Of a stretch of DNA of 32,000 nucleotides, positions 28,476 through 32,000 are shown piece by piece; position 1 is the stretch's first letter; every line of letters begins with the position of its first letter. The position numbers and the translations under genes were made by a program. Where the stretch lies: positions 1,782,953 to 1,814,952 of the forward strand of contig NZ_AP014945.1 in NCBI RefSeq assembly GCF_001548275.1. The letters are read 5' to 3'. The DNA comes from Caldimicrobium thiodismutans (GTDB lineage: Bacteria > Desulfobacterota > Thermodesulfobacteria > Thermodesulfobacteriales > Thermodesulfobacteriaceae). The notes under the pieces were generated by a model that was not told the origin of the DNA, did not search any database, and saw nothing but the letters and a program-made list of their open reading frames with translations.

Positions 28476-29387
28476 ATGGCTATAAGGCATTTTTTGAGGA
28501 TCTGGGATTTTTCAAAAGATGAAGTTGAAAATCTGATTGAGCGTGCCTTAAGCTTTAAAAGGGAGAGAACCTGGGAGGTGAGACTGAAAGGAAAGATCTT
28601 AGCTCTTATCTTTGAGAAGGCTTCTACAAGGACGCGTGTGTCCTTTGAGTCTGCCATGATAAAACTTGGAGGGGAAACCCTTTTTCTCTCCCGTCAGGAC
28701 CTTCAGCTTTCAAGAGGTGAACCTATAAAAGATACAGCCAGGGTTCTTTCCCGTTATGTAGACGCTGTTGTTCTTAGAACTTATCTTCAAGAGACCATAG
28801 AGGAATTTGCCCGCTACTCTAACATCCCGGTTATTAATGGCTTATCAAATCGTTTTCATCCCTGTCAGGTTCTCTCAGACATTATGACTGTTATAGAGAA
28901 GGGCAAAGATTTATACAAAAGTAAGATTGTCTGGATAGGAGATGGAAATAATGTAGCCCAATCTTGGATTGAGGCAAGTGCTCTCCTTGGTTTTCCATTG
29001 GTGCTTTGCTGTCCTAAGGGGTTTGAACCAGAAGTTTCCCTCTTAAAGGAAGCTAAAGAGCGCTTTCAAGCCAAGATTGAGCTTATCCACTCTCCAGAAG
29101 AGGCTTTAAGGTCTGCTGAGGTTATTAACACTGATGTCTGGATCAGCATGGGGCAGGAAGAGGAGACCCAGAGAAGAAGGGATACCTTTAAGGGCTATAC
29201 TTTAACGCAAGAGCTCTTAAATAAAGCCCATCCAGAGGCCATAGTCTTGCATTGTCTTCCTGCTCACAGAGGGGAAGAAATAACCGAAGATGTTCTTGAG
29301 GGCAAAAATTCCGTAGTTTGGGATCAAGCGGAAAATAAAATGTGGTTTCATATGGCCATCCTTGACTTTTTAATTAAAGGTTCTTAA
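28476..29387 (+). CDS. argF: Ornithine carbamoyltransferase
   Basis: 303 aa with FEKASTRTRVSFE, HPCQVLSD, DGNNV and HCLPAHRGEE. GGGAG SD upstream. Confidence 0.95.
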   Translation: MAIRHFLRIWDFSKDEVENLIERALSFKRERTWEVRLKGKILALIFEKASTRTRVSFESAMIKLGGETLFLSRQDLQLSRGEPIKDTARVLSRYVDAVVLRTYLQETIEEFARYSNIPVINGLSNRFHPCQVLSDIMTVIEKGKDLYKSKIVWIGDGNNVAQSWIEASALLGFPLVLCCPKGFEPEVSLLKEAKERFQAKIELIHSPEEALRSAEVINTDVWISMGQEEETQRRRDTFKGYTLTQELLNKAHPEAIVLHCLPAHRGEEITEDVLEGKNSVVWDQAENKMWFHMAILDFLIKGS

Positions 29388-29422
29388 AATAATAAAGTAT
29401 CATCAATAAATGGGAGGGGGTT

Positions 29423-29902
29423 ATGAATATAGAGCGGGATTCCTTTGTTAGATTAAAATACTTTATGGAGATTGAAGGAGAAAAAACTCCTGAGTGGTTT
29501 TCAAGGCCCCTTGAAGTATCCTTCATATTTGGAAGAGAAGCTATTCCAGCCATAATTGAAAGAGCAATTAACGGAAAATCTGAAGGTGAAAAGGTTGACC
29601 TTACCATACCACCGCAATCAGCCTATGGTCCTCATCTTTCCTATCTTGTGAAAGAGGTGGACTTAAAATCTCTTAAACATCCAGAAAAGGTAATCCCAGG
29701 AGAGTGGTATGAAGAGGTATCTCCTTACGGGTCAAGGACTTTTTTTAAGGTAATTGAGATTCGTGGGGATAAAGTGATAGCAGATTTTAATCACCCTGCA
29801 GCTGGTAAAAATGTTTTAATGAAGATAGATATCCTTGAGGTCCGTCCTGCTACTGCTTATGAAATAATGTCAGCAGAACTCAGAGCCTGTGGTGGTGGCT
29901 GA
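29423..29902 (+). CDS. slyD: SlyD-like FKBP-type peptidyl-prolyl cis-trans isomerase with insert-in-flap domain
   Basis: 159 aa with VRLKYFMEI...FIFGREAIPAIIERAINGKSEGEKVDLTIPPQSAYGP and DFNHPAAGKNVLMKIDILEV (FKBP split by an IF domain), plus a short C-terminal Cys-Gly tail. GGGAGGGGG SD upstream. Confidence 0.8.
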   Translation: MNIERDSFVRLKYFMEIEGEKTPEWFSRPLEVSFIFGREAIPAIIERAINGKSEGEKVDLTIPPQSAYGPHLSYLVKEVDLKSLKHPEKVIPGEWYEEVSPYGSRTFFKVIEIRGDKVIADFNHPAAGKNVLMKIDILEVRPATAYEIMSAELRACGGG

Positions 29903-29910
29903 AGATAAGC

Positions 29911-29938
29911 TTGTCTACTCGTGAAGTAGATATATAAT
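29911..29938 (+). promoter_or_regulatory. Candidate sigma-70 promoter (TTGTCT-N16-TATAAT) 9 nt upstream of the first ABC ATPase start codon
   Basis: TTGTCT at 29911-29916 and TATAAT at 29933-29938, with the ATG at 29948 and no SD between them. Confidence 0.45.
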
Positions 29939-29947
29939 AACCTTTCA

Positions 29948-30889
29948 ATGCCCCTTTTAGAAGTCCGTAATCTTACAGTTGGTCAGAAAGTATCCAATAC
30001 TCTCCCTATCTTGAAGGACATTTCTTTTCATCTTTCTGAAGGAGAGATTCTTGGAATCCTTGGAGAAAGTGGCTCTGGAAAATCTCTTACCGCTTTAAGT
30101 ATAATAAATCTTTTACCACCTGAACTTAAGATCTATCAAGGGGAAATTTTCTTTGAGGGAGTAAATTTGCTTTCCCTTTCTGATAAAAAGTTAACTGATT
30201 TAAGAGGTAAAAGATTCTCTATTATATTTCAGGATCCTTTAAGTAGTCTCAACCCGGTGTTAACAATATATGAGCAAATGCAGGAGCTTGTTTATTATCA
30301 TCTTGGTCTAAAAAATTCCGAGGGAAAAGACTTAATACTTCAAACTCTAAGAGAAGTAGGGGTGCCTGATCCAGAGCTTAGGTTGAAAAATTATCCTCAT
30401 GAACTTTCAGGGGGACTTCGCCAGAGGGTTATGATTGGAATGGCTATTCTCTGTTCTCCAAGACTTCTCATAGCGGATGAACCAACTACAGCTCTTGACC
30501 TTACCATTCAGATGCAGATTTTAGAGCTTTTAAAGTCTTTGAACAAAGAAAGGAGATTAAGTATTATTTTTATTACCCATGACCTTGGTATCTTGAGGTG
30601 GTTTGCCCAGAAAATTTTGGTTTTTTATCAGGGAAGAATCCTTGAATCAGGAACTGCGACTCAGATCTTTCAAAATCCCCTTCATCCCTACACAAAACTT
30701 CTCTTTGATTCTTATCCTGGTAAAGGAAGTAAAAAAATCTTCTTACAAGAAACCCCTAATTTACAAGAGGTATCTTTTTGTGACTATTATGGGCGATGTT
30801 TAAATCCCTGTAAAAAGGCTTTAGAAGAGGTTCCTCCTTTAATAGAGGTTGAACCAGATCACTTTGTTAGGTGTTTTAATTGTGCCTGA
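29948..30889 (+). CDS. Opp/Dpp/Nik-family ABC transporter ATP-binding protein (OppD-like) with Cys-rich C-terminal domain
   Basis: 313 aa with Walker A GESGSGKS, FQDPLSSLNP, signature LSGGLRQRVMIGMA, Walker B LIADEPTTALD and the C-terminal motif C-x5-C-x3-C...C-x2-C. Confidence 0.9.
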   Translation: MPLLEVRNLTVGQKVSNTLPILKDISFHLSEGEILGILGESGSGKSLTALSIINLLPPELKIYQGEIFFEGVNLLSLSDKKLTDLRGKRFSIIFQDPLSSLNPVLTIYEQMQELVYYHLGLKNSEGKDLILQTLREVGVPDPELRLKNYPHELSGGLRQRVMIGMAILCSPRLLIADEPTTALDLTIQMQILELLKSLNKERRLSIIFITHDLGILRWFAQKILVFYQGRILESGTATQIFQNPLHPYTKLLFDSYPGKGSKKIFLQETPNLQEVSFCDYYGRCLNPCKKALEEVPPLIEVEPDHFVRCFNCA

Positions 30890-31856
30890 AAAAGTAATTG
30901 TTGAGGCTCAAAATATTTCCAAAAGATACTTTGTTAAGACCTTCTGGTTTAAAAAAATCCCTTTTTGGGCCTTAATTAATATTAATCTTAAAATTTTTGC
31001 TGGAGAGGTAGTTGTTCTTCTTGGAGAAAGTGGTTGTGGTAAAAGCACTTTGGGAAGAATCTTTCTTCATTTAGAAGAACCTGATGAGGGGAAAGTCTTC
31101 TGGTTTGAAAATTCTTTAAAGAATATATCAAAAAGCCTTTATCGAAAACTTAGACCAAAGATTCAGGCAGTTTTTCAGGATAGCTATGCTTCTCTAAATC
31201 CTCGCTTTAAAATTCGTGAGATCCTAAGGGAACCCTACTATTTAAATTTTCCTCAAGAGTCCCAAAAGGCTGAGGAAGAAGCTATACAAATGTTAAATTT
31301 AGTTGGGTTACCTGAATCCTTTATGGAGAGATATCCCCATCAGTTGAGCGGGGGTCAAAGACAAAGGGTTGCCTTAGCCAGGGCCCTGATTACCAAACCA
31401 GATCTCATTGTCCTTGATGAACCTACTTCTGCCCTTGACATGACTATTCAAAATCAAATTTTAAATCTCCTCAAGGACTTACAAAAAAGATATCACCTCA
31501 GTTATTTACTGATTACCCATTCTTTACCTACGGCTTTAGATATGGCTGATCGTATAGTTGTAATGTATCTTGGAAAAATTGTAGAAATCTTCAAGAGTTG
31601 CCTTTTTAAAAAAGTTAGGCATCACCCCTATACAGAGATGCTACTTAGATCCTTTCCAGATCCTTTTTCTGAAGAGCCTCCAGATACAGCCTTTGTAAAA
31701 GGTGAGCCCTCAAGTCCTATTAACCGGCCAAAGGGCTGTGAATTCCATCCCAGGTGCCCTTACGCCCTGAGGGATTGCTTACAGTTTTCACCTGAGCTTA
31801 AAGAAATTCAACCAGGGCAGAGTATTGCTTGCCTTAGAATAGGGACCTCTTATTAA
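30882..31856 (+). CDS. Opp/Dpp/Nik-family ABC transporter ATP-binding protein (OppF-like)
   Basis: It has Walker A GESGCGKST, FQDSYASLNP, LSGGQRQRVALARAL, LDEPTSALD and the C-terminal GCEFHPRCPYALRDC motif. The track ORF begins at TTG 30849. GTG 30882 (VPEKVIVEAQNISKRY) gives a normal N-terminus and an 8-nt overlap with the upstream stop. The start is uncertain. Confidence 0.88.
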   Translation: MPEKVIVEAQNISKRYFVKTFWFKKIPFWALININLKIFAGEVVVLLGESGCGKSTLGRIFLHLEEPDEGKVFWFENSLKNISKSLYRKLRPKIQAVFQDSYASLNPRFKIREILREPYYLNFPQESQKAEEEAIQMLNLVGLPESFMERYPHQLSGGQRQRVALARALITKPDLIVLDEPTSALDMTIQNQILNLLKDLQKRYHLSYLLITHSLPTALDMADRIVVMYLGKIVEIFKSCLFKKVRHHPYTEMLLRSFPDPFSEEPPDTAFVKGEPSSPINRPKGCEFHPRCPYALRDCLQFSPELKEIQPGQSIACLRIGTSY

Positions 31857-32000
31857 GTTCTTATTTTAAAGTTTAAATTCTATCTTAAAGAAAATTAAAG
31901 AAAAAGCAAGAAATGAGATGAAAATAAAAGATACTCCATTTTATAGCCCATTGAAAAGCTTTTTTGTAGCCTTGGTATAAGTAGATTTTATAAAGAATAG

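Noticed and set aside
19385-29607. Further short overlapping ORFs (19385-19567, 19958-20344, 21456-21653, 22406-22594, 25509-25700, 28418-28657, 29374-29607, 30603-30803)
   Set aside because: The reasoning is the same as above. In addition, 21456-21653 is simply the antisense of the true rpmH gene.
29914-29930. Hairpin TCTACT-cgtga-AGTAGA after slyD as a possible terminator
   Set aside because: It is a 6-bp stem with no following T-run, and it lies inside the spacer of the better-supported promoter.
30849-30881. Upstream TTG start for the OppF-like ATPase (335-aa version)
   Set aside because: The extension lies within the upstream gene. GTG 30882 gives a typical ATPase N-terminus with a short overlap. 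The choice remains uncertain.
31885-32000. Open minus-strand frame running off the right edge (…ILYKIYLYQGYKKAFQWAIKWSIFYFHLISCFFFNFL*), possibly the C-terminus of a membrane protein; similarly a + frame at 2-61 ending in TGA at the left edge
   Set aside because: Fragments of only 37 and 19 codons in AT-rich sequence cannot be distinguished from chance, and no motif is recognisable.

Overview
The window is almost entirely coding and looks like core genome from an AT-rich, Lys/Glu/Ile-rich bacterium. It is probably a thermophilic, flagellated Gram-negative organism: it has PpiD, a YidC with a large periplasmic domain, and strong GGAGG Shine-Dalgarno sites. A Thermodesulfovibrio- or Thermodesulfobacteria-like origin is inference only.

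Gene content, left to right:
- ppiD-like chaperone and carB (+).
- A short ModE-like regulator (+) converging on modABC (-). A near-consensus ModE box overlaps the modA promoter.
- A long minus-strand block: aspS | purA-accC-(fused carboxyltransferase alpha-beta)-(219-aa biotinyl-domain-like protein)-birA.
- A 409-nt non-coding gap.
- The conserved rpmH-rnpA-yidD-yidC-jag-mnmE cluster (-). rpmH is absent from the ORF track and was found by hand at 21489..21626.
- A plus-strand run, trpC-hisI-hisG, tightly followed by a small protein, an HDOD protein and a pseudo-receiver GGDEF-family protein whose signature reads GGDDF.
- A convergent flagellar late operon (-): flaG-fliD-fliS-(FliT-like), with two sigma-28-type promoters.
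- argF, a SlyD-like FKBP and two Opp/Dpp-family ABC ATPases (+).

I see no rRNA, tRNA, CRISPR array, transposase, integrase or obvious mobile element.

Nothing here looks like a defence or accessory island. The most unusual items are:
- The atypical biotin-carboxylase operon, which has a fused AccA-AccD, a tandem degenerate biotinyl-like carrier candidate and a divergent BirA.
- The GGDDF cyclase-like signalling module fused to an amino-acid biosynthesis operon.
- The unexplained 409-nt gap, which carries a 13-bp hairpin.

All homology statements come from by-eye motif recognition, not database searches.
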